Positions 1 through 10,302 of a DNA stretch of 64,000 nucleotides are shown here, in pieces. Below the pieces are notes generated by a model, which was not told where the DNA came from, did not search any database, and saw only the letters and a program-made list of their open reading frames with translations. Every line of letters begins with the position of its first letter. Within the stretch, counting starts at the first letter, position 1. This DNA is from Candidatus Marinacidobacterales bacterium (lineage in GTDB: Bacteria; Acidobacteriota; Vicinamibacteria; Marinacidobacterales; SMYC01), in the NCBI GenBank assembly GCA_965262245.1, contig OZ253507.1, forward strand, positions 8,220,911-8,284,910. Direction: 5' to 3'. A program made the position numbers and the translations under genes.

Positions 1-612
1 GCACCGTATTGGGCAGAGGCCCGGCACGCGCTCGGTCGGGCTGACCCGATACTTGGCAAACTCATCCGCGCCGCCGGGGGATCTGTTCTGCGGCCTCGAA
101 ACGACCCCTTTTTCTCGCTGTCGCGCTCGATCGTGGCTCAACAGATTTCCGTTCACGCAGCGGAAGCAGTATGGCAGAAACTGATCGCGCATGTCGGCGC
201 AATGACTCCCGGTGCCGTGGCCAGCCAGACCGAGGACGCCTTGCACGGTTGCGGACTGTCACGGCCCAAGGCGCGCTATCTCCTGAGTCTGGCGGAGCAC
301 TTCACCGAAGGCACGCTCGACCATGAGTCATGGCATCGAATGGACGACGATGCGGTGATAGAACGTCTCGTCCAAATGAAAGGGATCGGCCGTTGGACTG
401 CTGAGATGTTCCTGATATTTCACCTGTTGAGACCGGACGTGCTTCCCGTTGCGGACATCGGTATCCAGAAGGCGATCGCCAGTCACTTCAACGATGGCGT
501 TCGCCCAGGTCCCGATGAGATGGTCGCAATCGCGGAGCCTTGGCGACCATGGCGGTCTGTCGCTTCGTGGTATCTCTGGCGTAGCCTTGACGCTGTACCC
601 GTCGAATACTAG
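1..612 (+). CDS. HhH-GPD DNA glycosylase, AlkA/Mag-like (5' partial; frame open to window start)
   Basis: Frame of ORF 133..612 has no stop back to nt 1 (..DPFFSLSRSIVAQQISVHAAEAVWQKL..). HhH motif LVQMKGIGRWTAEMF and catalytic Asp in VLPVADIGIQKAI. Confidence 0.8.
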   Translation, partial: APYWAEARHALGRADPILGKLIRAAGGSVLRPRNDPFFSLSRSIVAQQISVHAAEAVWQKLIAHVGAMTPGAVASQTEDALHGCGLSRPKARYLLSLAEHFTEGTLDHESWHRMDDDAVIERLVQMKGIGRWTAEMFLIFHLLRPDVLPVADIGIQKAIASHFNDGVRPGPDEMVAIAEPWRPWRSVASWYLWRSLDAVPVEY

Positions 613-759
613 CAACCCGGCCATCGGATTCCGCGTGTCGCCTGCTGCCCAGAGCACCAGACCCCGTCCTGTGCCAAAACTCGGCCCTTTTGAAATAAAC
701 GATAAATCAACAGCTTAGAGTCTGTGTTTGCGACCGTGCCAAGGGCCGTAGGCTCTACA

Positions 760-975
760 ATCGCGTCGTGTCCGAAAATACGAACAGAGCCCGACAGCCC
801 GAATCCTCGAGGCGTTCTCGAAATTCGCGGAGACCAGCCGACGGGGCACTGACTCTGTGATCGGTGCTCCCGAACAGACCTCTCAGTCTAGCTCCCATTG
901 CAAACCAAGCCTAGACACCTCTCATCCGAAACGCCCCGGCGCGCCGGTCTTGAGTCCGTTTGTATTTTTGGACAC
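760..975. repeat. ~215-bp MITE-like element, inverted ends of family B (CGTCGTGTCCGAAAATACGAAC ... GTTTGTATTTTTGGACACGACGG)
   Basis: Inverted pair visible in sequence. The same end motif recurs at 7186, 7360, 11745, 32940, 33150, 39975, 40085, 44130 and 49255. Confidence 0.6.
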
Positions 976-1079
976 GACGGGATAGTGCTGTGGTCGCGGC
1001 TGGCTCGGCCCAGCGCTGCAGATAACGCGCAACTACGGAGCGGCCATGAACATCGTATACATCTTCTTACTCCCCTTCG

Positions 1080-1892
1080 CTACCTCGTCAGAATGAACCG
1101 CCGATAGAGTGGCTGGACCGGACGCGCGTTGGTCGGATATAGGGCAGCGAAGGCATCGACCTGTGCCTGCGAAACTGCAATTGCCTCGGTAAGCACCACC
1201 CAGTTGACCACCTCAGAGCAGGGTGGCGTCGTCAGGGAGCCGGCGTACCGGAAGTAGCTCCGGCCTCCGGGCAGGAAGGCGTTCGGATCGAGGTCGACCA
1301 GCGGTGTGGGCGCCTGATCGACGCCTGGTATGGCATCCCAGATGCTCTGGACGGCCGAGTGCACGCCGCCGACGTCCATGAAGACCCCGATCACCGCAAG
1401 ATCACCCTCCTCGGCCTGATGCACAAAGTGGACCTCCAACGGGTACTCTTCCCCATCGACTGTGTGTTCGCTCGGCAGATGGAAGTGGAACTGCAAGAGC
1501 GAGAATTGCCGGCCCTGCAGAGTGATGGAACTCCCGGCGTCTATGTTGACCTGGATGGTATGTCCGTTATCCACGACCTCGCCCGCCGCGGGTTGCCACT
1601 GGATTTCGAGTCCCCCTCCGCCTGCCGAGATCGCATCCGTCAGATCGATCGGAGATTGCTGGACCCCGCTGTCACAGACCGCGAAGGACGAATCCAGCCC
1701 ACCCCATTGGTACGGTCCGGTGTCGCCTTCGTAGCTCCAGTGAACCTCGCCGGTCGCTGCGCCCTGCGCGCGCTCCGCGTCCATCTGGTCCTCTGCATCC
1801 CCCTGGCTCGGTGCATCCGCCCGGCAGGCATATTGTGTGCCAGCGAGGAAGACAACCGCGAGTACCTGCAGGAATGAATGACGATACTTCAC
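1080..1892 (-). CDS. alpha-class carbonic anhydrase, secreted
   Basis: Motifs HWSYEG, QSPIDL, HFHLPSEH and SLTTPPCSE. GTG start after GGAGGAG RBS gives N-terminal signal peptide MKYRHSFLQVLAVVFLAG. Confidence 0.9.
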   Translation of the reverse strand: MKYRHSFLQVLAVVFLAGTQYACRADAPSQGDAEDQMDAERAQGAATGEVHWSYEGDTGPYQWGGLDSSFAVCDSGVQQSPIDLTDAISAGGGGLEIQWQPAAGEVVDNGHTIQVNIDAGSSITLQGRQFSLLQFHFHLPSEHTVDGEEYPLEVHFVHQAEEGDLAVIGVFMDVGGVHSAVQSIWDAIPGVDQAPTPLVDLDPNAFLPGGRSYFRYAGSLTTPPCSEVVNWVVLTEAIAVSQAQVDAFAALYPTNARPVQPLYRRFILTR

Positions 1893-2289
1893 GTTTCTCC
1901 TCCTCTCGGGTTTAGACGGTCCGCTGCGAACCGGCCTGACCAAAGAAACGCTCGGCGACCGCATCTTGACCAAGATCTGCGGTGCCGCCCAGCGGTGTGG
2001 TCCATGACCAGCCCCCCTTGTGGCGAGGTATCAAGGGTCACCCAGTTTTCCCCAGTTGTGGTCATTGAAGAGTCTGGTGATCGACGGGGGTCACGAGTCA
2101 GAATCCCCCTGAGCCGCGCGCCGCGCTTGCTCCTGAGCCAGCTTGAGGAGTCCTCCGAGAGTAGGAGGAGGGGGAGCGATCATTTCAACGGCCCTCCCGC
2201 GATGTGCCAGCGACCACACGGACGGGTTCTTTCTGAGCGTTTCCCGCACAGCCCCCCATCCGGCTTCCCCATATCGGTTGACCAATATG

Positions 2290-4050
2290 ATCTGCACCCC
2301 GTCCTGTGCCAAAACTCGGATCTTTCGAAATAGACCATAAATCAGCAGCTTAGCAAGTTCGGTGCGCGCGGATGAATAAATAGAAGGCACACCCAAAATC
2401 GGGTGCTTCCGCCATCAAGTGTTGCTACGCCGTGTTTGAATGCTAATGTCAGCTGGCCTGCCTGTGTCGGCGAACGCCATTAATAAGGATGTCGGCGTGC
2501 ACACGAAGGCGTCCCTGAACGTCAGGCACCGTGTGGTCAGCCCAGCCCGCATCGCCGAAAGAACTGCGTCTCTCGAAATCAGGCTCAAACTCTAGCACAC
2601 GAGCGGGTTACGCGGCAGCCACCAACACTGGATTGCGGAAGCACCGTCGTGGACGCTCACGTGTACGCAGGATATACATACGATTATTATTTCAAACGCC
2701 ACAACCGGCGAGGCATCGACGACCAGGGTAGCGTCACGATCCTCATTCGTGATTCACCTCGACCGGCAACCACGTACGAGCAGAAGACGGGAGGCGCAGA
2801 CGGGGTCAAGGGCGCGTAGCGGCTCGCGTAGCGAGCGAACCCTTGACGCCGTCGAGCACTCCCGTACCCTCATGGAGTGGTGGCCGTTCTTGATATTTCA
2901 TCGCGGTGGATTACGGATTAAAGTGATAAACAACACTGCATGCGCTGGATGCAGGTTCCCGCTTATTCCCCCCCCTGGAAGGGGGTGTTGTATTCGCAGG
3001 TGACAGTGACCCGACGTCGGGTCGCACGCAATCTTGTTTGGCGGGAGGGAGATTACATCAACGTGCGCGCGCACGTCGAGTGGAATCTGGATCAGAAAGA
3101 GTTCCGGCGTATCAAAGGCTATCGCCATATGGGCGCTCTCGTTCACGCGCTTAGAAGCAAACAGAAATCTCTTGACAGCGATGAGTTTGCTGCCTAAGAG
3201 TATTCACAGGTGCCGCCGCTACCCGACCAAATTCAACAGCGGCCGGGACATCCCCAGAATGTAAGCGATGTATACGAAGCGCGTCCAGCTAATCAATTAC
3301 GGACCAGTCGAGACACTAGATATTTGGTGTCCCTTCGAAGGCGACACCCCTAAACCAGTCGTCCTAGTTGGTACAAACGGTTCCGGGAAGAGCATTCTCT
3401 TGTCTCACATTGTCAGCGGACTGGTTAGGGCTAAAGACATTGTTTATCCAGAGACTCCTGAAGTCGAACCACACGGCCCTCTTTCAAGCGTCCAGGAGGT
3501 TGAGATTGCCGTATAGAAAATTTGATTGAAGCAAATTCGATTCCGGCTCGAACGACCACCCGTCGATGAGATGTACGGGGACCAGCACGTGGTAGCTTCC
3601 TTTAAGTCACTGTACAAAAACAGGATAGAACGCTGTGGGCATCAGAGCTTCTCTGAGTTTTCGCTACATTGCCCCAACCACGCGCACGGCCCAAAGTTCG
3701 ATCATGACTCCCAAAATTGCCAAAATACCTTTTGCCGAGACCGGATGGCTCGAGACTGCACCATCCGCCACCCAGTCTTTGCAAATTGTGGCACTGCAGA
3801 GACGGGTGAGATTTTCCGCGCGGTTGGCGGGGTTTTGCAGGGGTAGGTGTCACCAGAGACGCGCTAGAAGGGCTGAACTGGCCTCATTTTCGGTTTTGGT
3901 CTCTAATCTCGATTTTCGAGTGCCACGTTTGCGCCAAATTGGGAAGCGGGCGCTGACCGGGCCATGCGGGTGGCGGGAAAAGAGGCCGGGGCTACCGGGG
4001 CGTAGCAGGCTAGCACGTTCTGGTCCAGGTGCGGCGGCCCGGGCCTCCTT
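2290..4050. repeat. mosaic repeat cluster, copy 1 (family-A terminal repeat, GATGAATAAATAGAAGGCACA end, sub-repeats F3, F2, F5 and R4)
   Basis: The same sub-repeats recur at 18583-19645 and 31535-32730, some in inverted relative orientation. Confidence 0.6.
3268..3516 (+). pseudogene. N-terminal fragment of an OLD/ABC-type AAA ATPase (Walker A GTNGSGKS), truncated
   Basis: MYTKRVQLINYGPVETLDI...VVLVGTNGSGKSILLSHI resembles OLD/Gabija/PARIS-type ATPase N-termini. ORF ends after 82 aa in a low-GC patch. Confidence 0.5.
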
Positions 4051-4424
4051 AGTGCGAACGTTCGGTGATGCCGCAGGATACAGGAGTTGGCCGGAACGTC
4101 GTTTTGGACGGTTTGGACTTCGCCAGCTTACGGCGGGTCTGGGAGCAGACCTTTGGGGCAGCTCCGCCAAGCTCAAGACCATGCTGTCCGGAAACTGCAA
4201 AACCGCCCGCATGGTAGCCCACTACTCCGCCGGTGCCGCCACCGAAGTCGGGGCCGTCAAGAAGTACCTGTAGCCCACGTTCGAGAAGGGAAGACGGACT
4301 GCGAGCCGTAAGTCAAAACGGGGCAGAATCTAAGCTCTCGTAAAACTCGGCCCAGGGGGTTTTCTGCGGAATACTCAGGATGTTGAAGATTCGTTGTTCA
4401 CCATAGTGTATTCTACCCAACCTA

Positions 4425-5822
4425 ATGTGGATTACTTCCGGCACGCTCCGCCCGGTGTACGACTGCTATGTAATTGGCTCTGGCCCGGCGGGCATCACGC
4501 TCGCCCTGGAGCTAGCCAAAGCAAATAAGAAGGTACTGCTCTTTGAGTCTGGAACTGCAACCGATGCGCGGGCCGACATGCCAAACGCCATCAACCAAGG
4601 ACACCTCCCAGACGGCTGGTGGGATCAACACTCTATCCGCACACTCGGTGGCACCTCAAAGGTTTGGACGGGCTGGTGTATCACGCTGACGGAACGGGAT
4701 TTCGATAACCCGGCCGTCGGCGTTCGCTGGCCGATTACTCGCCCCGAGTTGGTGCCGTACTATCGGCGCGCGACTGAAGTCTTGGACCGAGACACCTCTA
4801 TCGTCGATGTCGAGACACCCCTGGTGCCCGGGTTCGTCTACCGACCGTTCTCAAGAGCTACTCCGACCCGCCTCGGCCTCAAGTATCTCGATGTACTGGA
4901 GAAGTCCTCGACGATTCACGTTGCGCTCGGATTCTCGGTGGTTGGCCTCGACGCCGATACGTCGCGCTCCGCGGTACGGACGCTGACGTATTGTCATCAT
5001 TCTTCGGGCACCACGCACCAGCTTGCCATCCATCCCGCACAGCCGGTCGTCCTCGCGGGCGGCGGCATCAGCAACGCGCAACTGCTACTTCAGCCTCGAT
5101 CGGACGGTGCGGTCCCGGTCGGCAACGAGAGCGACCAGGCGGGGAAGTTCCTGATGGAGCATCCGCATTTCTTTCATGTGGCCGAACTCGTGCTTGATGA
5201 AGACCTGAACCATCAACCCAGGCCTGCGGCCTTTGGGGGAATCACCCATGCGATGGTACCGGACGATGCGCTGACAATGCGGCACGGGCTATTCGGGTGC
5301 AGTGTGGAGTGTCGCGACCAGACCACCGATCATTCAATGGTCGAATATCTCTCCAGGGAGTACGGGAAGCCCTTCTATCACTACATCAGCACTGTACGAT
5401 CCGAAATGTTGCCCTCTGCCAGTAATCGTGTGTTGCTGACCGGCGAGCGCGACGCCGCTGGGTTCTACCGGCCCAGCGTCCGATGTGTCTTCAACGCCGG
5501 GGACTTCCTCAACGTGGAGACGACGCTGCGGCTCCTCGGAGAATCGCTGATCGAGTCGAAGAAGGGCCGGGTACGCATTCACAATAATGTCCTATACCGG
5601 GGGGCGTACGGTGGCGGGCACATCATGGGGACAACCAGAATGGGCACGAGTCGGTCGACTTCGGTGGTCGATCGGGACTGCCGGGTGCACGGGTACCGCA
5701 ACCTGTTCGTGGCTGGCTCGTCCGTGTTTCCCACCGGCGGGTACGCGAACCCAACGCTGACGATTGTCGCGCTGTCACTGCGACTGGCTGACACGCTTCG
5801 ACGTCAGGGTGAAGGTGCCTGA
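4425..5822 (+). CDS. GMC-family FAD-dependent oxidoreductase
   Basis: N-terminal Rossmann motif YDCYVIGSGPAG. C-terminal GMC motif GTTRMG..VVD..RVHGYRNLFVAGSSVFPTGG. Confidence 0.85.
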   Translation: MWITSGTLRPVYDCYVIGSGPAGITLALELAKANKKVLLFESGTATDARADMPNAINQGHLPDGWWDQHSIRTLGGTSKVWTGWCITLTERDFDNPAVGVRWPITRPELVPYYRRATEVLDRDTSIVDVETPLVPGFVYRPFSRATPTRLGLKYLDVLEKSSTIHVALGFSVVGLDADTSRSAVRTLTYCHHSSGTTHQLAIHPAQPVVLAGGGISNAQLLLQPRSDGAVPVGNESDQAGKFLMEHPHFFHVAELVLDEDLNHQPRPAAFGGITHAMVPDDALTMRHGLFGCSVECRDQTTDHSMVEYLSREYGKPFYHYISTVRSEMLPSASNRVLLTGERDAAGFYRPSVRCVFNAGDFLNVETTLRLLGESLIESKKGRVRIHNNVLYRGAYGGGHIMGTTRMGTSRSTSVVDRDCRVHGYRNLFVAGSSVFPTGGYANPTLTIVALSLRLADTLRRQGEGA

Positions 5823-5823
5823 C

Positions 5824-6420
5824 ATGACACGCCGCATCTCACGACGGACATTCGTGATGGGCGTCGGCGGCGGTGCCGCTTCCGCGACGCTCGTCTGGGG
5901 ACTCTGGGGGTTTAGGCGTTGGCCGCGAACGCCTGGCGAAAAACATCCGGTCATCGCGGGGTGTTGTGCCTACGCCGAGTACGATGGGTGGCTGGTCACG
6001 ACCGAGGACAAAAGGCGCCTCCCCTTTTCACTGGCCTACACCAGCGGCTGGTACCCGGAGGAAACGGCTCCGGAATCGATGTGGCGATGGACCCATCAGA
6101 CCGCAACGTTGTCGTTTTTGAACCCGAAAGCGGACGCAACATTCACCCTCGACTACGCCGCACTCGCGAATCAGGCGGTCACGGTCAGTGTAGGCGGCCA
6201 ACTGCTGCAGTTGTTAGTCGCCGAGGCGTCCGCTCGGCGCCGCCGCCGTATTCCCATCCCCTCAGCGGCGCTGGGAAATGGAGACAGGGCCGAGATTCAG
6301 ATCACCGTGGACCGAATGTTCGTGCCGGCGAATCTGAACGTGGACTCCCACGACGCCCGCGAACTTGGCATTAAGGTCTACCATGCTGCCGTTGAACGCG
6401 ACCCCGTCCCAACTCCCTAA
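5824..6420 (+). CDS. Tat-signal protein, likely small partner subunit of the GMC oxidoreductase (gluconate 2-dehydrogenase subunit-3-like)
   Basis: ATG after GGTGAAGGTG. Twin-arginine signal MTRRISRRTFVMGVGGGAASATLV. Start overlaps the upstream stop. Confidence 0.6.
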   Translation: MTRRISRRTFVMGVGGGAASATLVWGLWGFRRWPRTPGEKHPVIAGCCAYAEYDGWLVTTEDKRRLPFSLAYTSGWYPEETAPESMWRWTHQTATLSFLNPKADATFTLDYAALANQAVTVSVGGQLLQLLVAEASARRRRRIPIPSAALGNGDRAEIQITVDRMFVPANLNVDSHDARELGIKVYHAAVERDPVPTP

Positions 6421-6615
6421 ACAGGTACTGCCACGTTGACGATTAGCTAGCTGTTGTCCCTTCCATAAATTCGATCCCCGGTCGTCAAGGTCTTCTCGGC
6501 CCCGGACTGAGTTCATGTCAGTGCTTCGGGCAGCATCACGGTGATCGCGGGATCGAAGCCCGCCCAAGAACGCCGCGACTCGTGTCCCACGGACACCGCG
6601 TCAAGCGTAGCGAGC

Positions 6616-7185
6616 TCAGGCAGCGAGACGACTGTAATAATGATGGAGGCCGCCGACCTTCGGAATGGCTGTCACGCGCCCCATCGAAGGCCACTGCACA
6701 GGTCGTTGCTCGGGGGCATCTTTCTCGAGCGATAAATGAGTCCGGCAGGAATGATAGTAGTCGACGTATCCGCGCAGCATTCGCCTGAGGTGTCGCTCGT
6801 CGAGGATGATCACGTGATCGAGACACTCGCGCCGAATGCTTCCAATGACCCGTTCGACGTAGGGGCTCTGCCACGGGAACGCGGCGCCGTCGGAACCTGC
6901 TCGATGTCGAGTCCCGCAACGCGCCGTTTGAAGTACGGCCCGTAGATTCCATCCCGGTCTCGCAGCAGGTAACGCAGCGCCGTATCCCACGGAAAAGCAT
7001 CAACGATCTGCTGCGCGGTCCACTCTGCCGAAGGATGCTCCGTGACATTGAAATGGACGATGCGCCGGCGATCGTGACGGAGAATGATGAAAACGAACAG
7101 AATCCGGAAGGTGGCGGTCGGCAACGTGAAGAAGTCGATGGACACCAAGTCCTCGAGATCAAAATACTCATGCGCCTTCTGTCCA
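6616..7185 (-). pseudogene. IS481-like (rve integrase-core) transposase, frameshifted and truncated
   Basis: Two frames (6616..6990 and 6810..7259) together match the core of the intact transposases at 13309 and 23935 (FFTLPTATFRILFVF..HDRRRIVHFNVT ; PWQSPYVERVIGSIRRECLDH). Confidence 0.75.
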
Positions 7186-7385
7186 AAAACACAAACGAAC
7201 TCAAGAACTGGCGCGCCGGGACGTTTCGGATCAGAGACGTCTGAGGCTTGGTTGGCCAATGGAAGCTAGAATCCTCGGTCATGAGGAGGCAGAGCCAGCC
7301 CTGAACCTTGTTGGTCGTCGCCATCGCTGGCTGGCTCCAGCGTAACCAACAGGCCGCTATCGTTTGTGTTTTTGGACACGACGCG
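7186..7385. repeat. ~200-bp MITE-like element, family-B inverted ends
   Basis: CTGTCCAAAAACACAAACGAACTCAAG ... CGTTTGTGTTTTTGGACACGACGCG. Confidence 0.55.
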
Positions 7386-7422
7386 ATCCACGGCTGGGGC
7401 TGCAACAAACGGGTGCAGATGG

Positions 7423-7986
7423 CTAACCGGCCTGGAGGGCGTAAGTGGCAAGCCCGATCGCCACCACACGGTCGCTGCCCTCGACGACCTCGAGCCGGCA
7501 GGCGGCCAGCGTACGTCCCTTACGTACGAGTTCTCCAATGGCGAGCAAGTCTCCCTGGACTCCCGCCAGCAAGCTCATCTTGAACTCCACCGTCTTGACC
7601 GTGGAGCCCGACGAGACCGAACCCACCGCGAAGTTGCCCGCCGTGTCGGCGATCAGACCGATGAGACCCCCGTGGATGACGCCATGCCCGTCTTCGAACG
7701 CGGCCCGAAACGGCAACCGCACGCGTGCCACGCCGTTCTCGCAATAGCCGAGTGTCATGCCCAGGTAGCGGCTGATCGGGGCCGCCTCGAAGAGTTGCTT
7801 AAGTTTCTTGAGATGCGCGGGCGTGGAACGTTCCGACGTTTCACCCACCCGCTGGTGGCGGACACCTTCGGGCAGAGGAACCGGCACCAGCTTGGGCTCA
7901 TTGAGGGGAGCCGAACGAGGCCGTGAGGCGGCTTTCTTGCTAGCAGGCCTCGAAAGGATGTCTCTCTTCCCTGGTCCTTCTTTCAT
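7423..7986 (-). CDS. PaaI/4HBT-type hotdog-fold thioesterase (start uncertain)
   Basis: HGGLIGLIADTAGNFAVGS and VKTVEFKMSLLAGV..GELVRKGRTLAACRLEV. The listed ORF reads through from an upstream integrase remnant. Confidence 0.7.
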   Translation of the reverse strand: MKEGPGKRDILSRPASKKAASRPRSAPLNEPKLVPVPLPEGVRHQRVGETSERSTPAHLKKLKQLFEAAPISRYLGMTLGYCENGVARVRLPFRAAFEDGHGVIHGGLIGLIADTAGNFAVGSVSSGSTVKTVEFKMSLLAGVQGDLLAIGELVRKGRTLAACRLEVVEGSDRVVAIGLATYALQAG

Positions 7987-8012
7987 ATCGAGACACGCTC
8001 CACGATGTTTGC

Positions 8013-8100
8013 GAGTGACGTGCCGTCTACACCGGTCATAGATCTGTGTGGTCCTGGGGTCGGAGCGTCCGGCCAGGTACTGCACGTCCTCCGGGGGCAC
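8013..8100 (-). pseudogene. C-terminal remnant of a tyrosine recombinase/integrase
   Basis: YLAGRSDPRTTQIYD, typical of the integrase C-terminus. Only about 30 codons remain. Confidence 0.45.
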
Positions 8101-8212
8101 GTTCTGGTTGAGTATATCCGTAATCCCGTGAGGAGTCTCTTATCGAGACCAAGCTCGTTCTGGGCAACCCCACGAAATCCGTCGACCGCACACTCCTGCG
8201 CAATATCGCCAA

Positions 8213-8390
8213 CGCCCTCTCCGGTGCTTCTGCTATCAAGTGTTGGTGAGATGACGCTAAGACTTTACACTGCATTAAGTTACAGCCAAAATAGCGATCG
8301 TGACCTTCGCTGCGCGCTAAATAGAGCGTAAGCGCCTTTTTTGCAAAGGGATACGTACACATCACCAACAGTAAACAGCGCAAGCACCGC
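8213..8390. repeat. MITE family F1 copy (about 170 bp; TIR GGTGCTTCCGCCATTAAGTGTTGGTG)
   Basis: Inverted termini GGTGCTTC(T/C)GC..GTGTTGGTG and CACCAACAG.AAACAGCGCAAGCACC. Same unit at 10780, 11301, 44329, 46185, 53168 and 53922. Confidence 0.75.
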
Positions 8391-8394
8391 GTCA

Positions 8395-8700
8395 CGAGCT
8401 GGTCGATCTCCGCGTCGGCATATACCTGATAGCCGTCGAGCGCGGCCTTGAGGTCGTGCAACTTGTTGGGATCGGTCTCCTCGCTCAGGACCGTCGTCCG
8501 GTAGTAGTCAGCGAACGCCTCTTGGATGGTGTCGACATCGTTCATGAAGTCGAGCACGAACGCGTCGTGTTTCTGCGGGTGCGCTCGATTGAGACGCGAC
8601 AGCGTCTGGACCGCCTTGATCCCGGACAAGATCTTGTCCACGGACAGTGTCGAGGTGACGGCATTGGGAGGGTCACGTTTCTTGTTGCCGAGGCGCGCAC
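8395..8700 (-). pseudogene. Type I restriction enzyme R-subunit (HsdR) C-terminal fragment
   Basis: VDKILSGIKAVQTLSRLNRAHPQKHDAFVLDFMNDVDTIQEAFADYYRTTVLSEETDPNKL is the conserved HsdR C-terminal segment. It is truncated by the MITE. Confidence 0.6.
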
Positions 8701-9437
8701 CAAATCCACCCCTCGCGCTTCGCCTGCCCGATTTCGACCGGGGGCGTTGCGTCTGAGGGGTGAATCGAACGGTTCTCGAGGAAGTCTTTGGCAGCAAGAA
8801 CGCACACGACGGCGTCGATTGCGTCATCGCTAGCCTCTAGTTTGTTCACGTCAACCTCCAGTTGGAGCGATGCGGTTAAGGCATTGATGATCTGCCGACG
8901 TTCTTCGACGCTCGTAGGTTTCTTGTACGCGGTCGATCGGATCCTATGAGTAGCGAGAGTTGCAGCTGGGTAGACTTCGATCGCAGAAACATGCGCGAGC
9001 TCTTGCGGCGACCAAGCTAGCGGTAACGGCGATTGCAGGGCGCGGCGAAGGTCACCAAGGAGCCGTAGGGCAGCATGTGCGGTCCGAGCGATTCGGTCGG
9101 CACCTACGTCCAGCGGGGTCTTGTGTATCGTCTTTTGGATGAAGCGATCGGTCGCGCGTCGGAAGATTTCGTTTTTCGGGACGCGGATTTCTTCCCCAGC
9201 TGAATGCCCGACCAGCGTGTCACCCAATTCGGCAGGCCAGCCCAGCGGCGCATCGATGGCGAGTAGCACTCGGTCGTCGACGATGTCCAGCCACTCGCAT
9301 ATGACGTCCCTTGGTGGGACCCGACCGCACGTCTTCGCCGCGGTCACCGAAACCGAGCCGTCCTCCCAAGTACCCAGAGCGACGCCCACTTTCGCGCTTT
9401 CGGTTGCGCAGTCGACGCCGACAATCACAGTACGCAT
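8673..9437 (-). CDS. DUF429-family protein (RNase H-like fold)
   Basis: N-terminus MRTVIVGVDCA...GW matches DUF429. Its start overlaps the HIT stop by 13 nt. Confidence 0.65.
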   Translation of the reverse strand: MRTVIVGVDCATESAKVGVALGTWEDGSVSVTAAKTCGRVPPRDVICEWLDIVDDRVLLAIDAPLGWPAELGDTLVGHSAGEEIRVPKNEIFRRATDRFIQKTIHKTPLDVGADRIARTAHAALRLLGDLRRALQSPLPLAWSPQELAHVSAIEVYPAATLATHRIRSTAYKKPTSVEERRQIINALTASLQLEVDVNKLEASDDAIDAVVCVLAAKDFLENRSIHPSDATPPVEIGQAKREGWIWCAPRQQET

Positions 9438-9781
9438 TCAACCCTGCCGTTCACGCTAGTGCTGCATTCACAGCGAGGGATCAAATGAACGTGAAGGTGC
9501 GGCACCGTCTGTCCCGCGGCTTCTCCAATGTTGACCCCGATGTTGAAGCCGTCGGGAAGGTGTTTGGACGAGACGGCCTCGCGGGCGACGGCAAGGGCGG
9601 TGAGAAGGTCGGCCTGCTCGTCGCGCGACGCGTCGAACCATGTCGCGACGTGTCTTTTAGTGACGATGAGGGCGTGGCCGTCGCTGACGGGGAAGGCGTC
9701 CCAGAGAGCGAACACGCGCTCGCCCCGGTAGAAGACGCGCTCGGCGTCCGGGGTGCAGAAGGGGCAGGCGGGCTCGGTCAT
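9425..9781 (-). CDS. HIT-family nucleotide hydrolase
   Basis: CPFC...GHALIVTKRHV...HLHVHLIPR histidine triad. Start ATG overlaps the SprT stop (ATGA). Confidence 0.8.
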   Translation of the reverse strand: MTEPACPFCTPDAERVFYRGERVFALWDAFPVSDGHALIVTKRHVATWFDASRDEQADLLTALAVAREAVSSKHLPDGFNIGVNIGEAAGQTVPHLHVHLIPRCECSTSVNGRVECVL

Positions 9782-10302
9782 CGTTTGCGTCGCGTAATCG
9801 TGAGGATGCCGTCGAGCCCGGCGTCGACGCAGGCTCGGCAGCACCAGCGGCGCATCGATCGTCGGGCAACGTGAGTGCGTTGGCACACAGGACATCGATG
9901 GATGTAGTGCCAGTCGTGTCGGCTTCTTTTGGGTGATGCAGCCTTGGTGAGGCTTTTCGGTACGGGAAGGCGTGTTCTCGGTTCATAGCCAGCGGCTTCG
10001 ATGAGCGCTTTCCATTCGGTGCCGTGGGGGCGGATGCGTTGGCCGTGGAGCTCGTGAGCGGCGAGATGTGCCATTTCGTGACAAAGGACTTCCTCGAGAA
10101 GTCCAAGCTCTGCGGATTGGAGGCGCGCTGCGAGTCGCACTTTGCGCTTGTGCGGGTAGCAACGCCCCAGGCTGCGCGTTAGGCGGGAGCTCCATTCGAT
10201 GGAGCTTCTTCTGGGCAGGTTGGGCAGTTTCCAGAGATTGGCCCATCGTTCTAGGGCGCGCACCAGTCTCGGGGGAAGGGCGTTTTCCTGCTCGGGCGTC
10301 AT
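9778..10302 (-). CDS. SprT-like zinc metalloprotease domain protein
   Basis: HExxH motif in LCHEMAHLAAHELHG, plus Cys-rich zinc ribbon HRCPVCQ...WCCRAC. Confidence 0.7.
   Translation of the reverse strand: MTPEQENALPPRLVRALERWANLWKLPNLPRRSSIEWSSRLTRSLGRCYPHKRKVRLAARLQSAELGLLEEVLCHEMAHLAAHELHGQRIRPHGTEWKALIEAAGYEPRTRLPVPKSLTKAASPKRSRHDWHYIHRCPVCQRTHVARRSMRRWCCRACVDAGLDGILTITRRKR

Noticed and set aside
3635-4273. 212-aa and 120-aa ORFs
   Set aside because: They lie over R4 repeat sequence and the DUF2924 fragment in the wrong frame; Arg/Ala-rich low-complexity translation typical of non-coding GC-rich DNA.
6262-7408. 290-aa minus-strand ORF 6536..7408 as a real gene
   Set aside because: It is an alternative frame across the frameshifted IS481-like transposase pseudogene and has no motif.
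8036-8827. 263-aa minus-strand ORF
   Set aside because: Chimeric: HsdR C-terminal fragment followed by translation of the MITE F1 sequence (..CLRCLLLVMCTYPFAKKALTLYLARSEGH..). The same peptide appears in ORFs at 10720, 11031, 53173 and 53870, showing it is repeat-derived.
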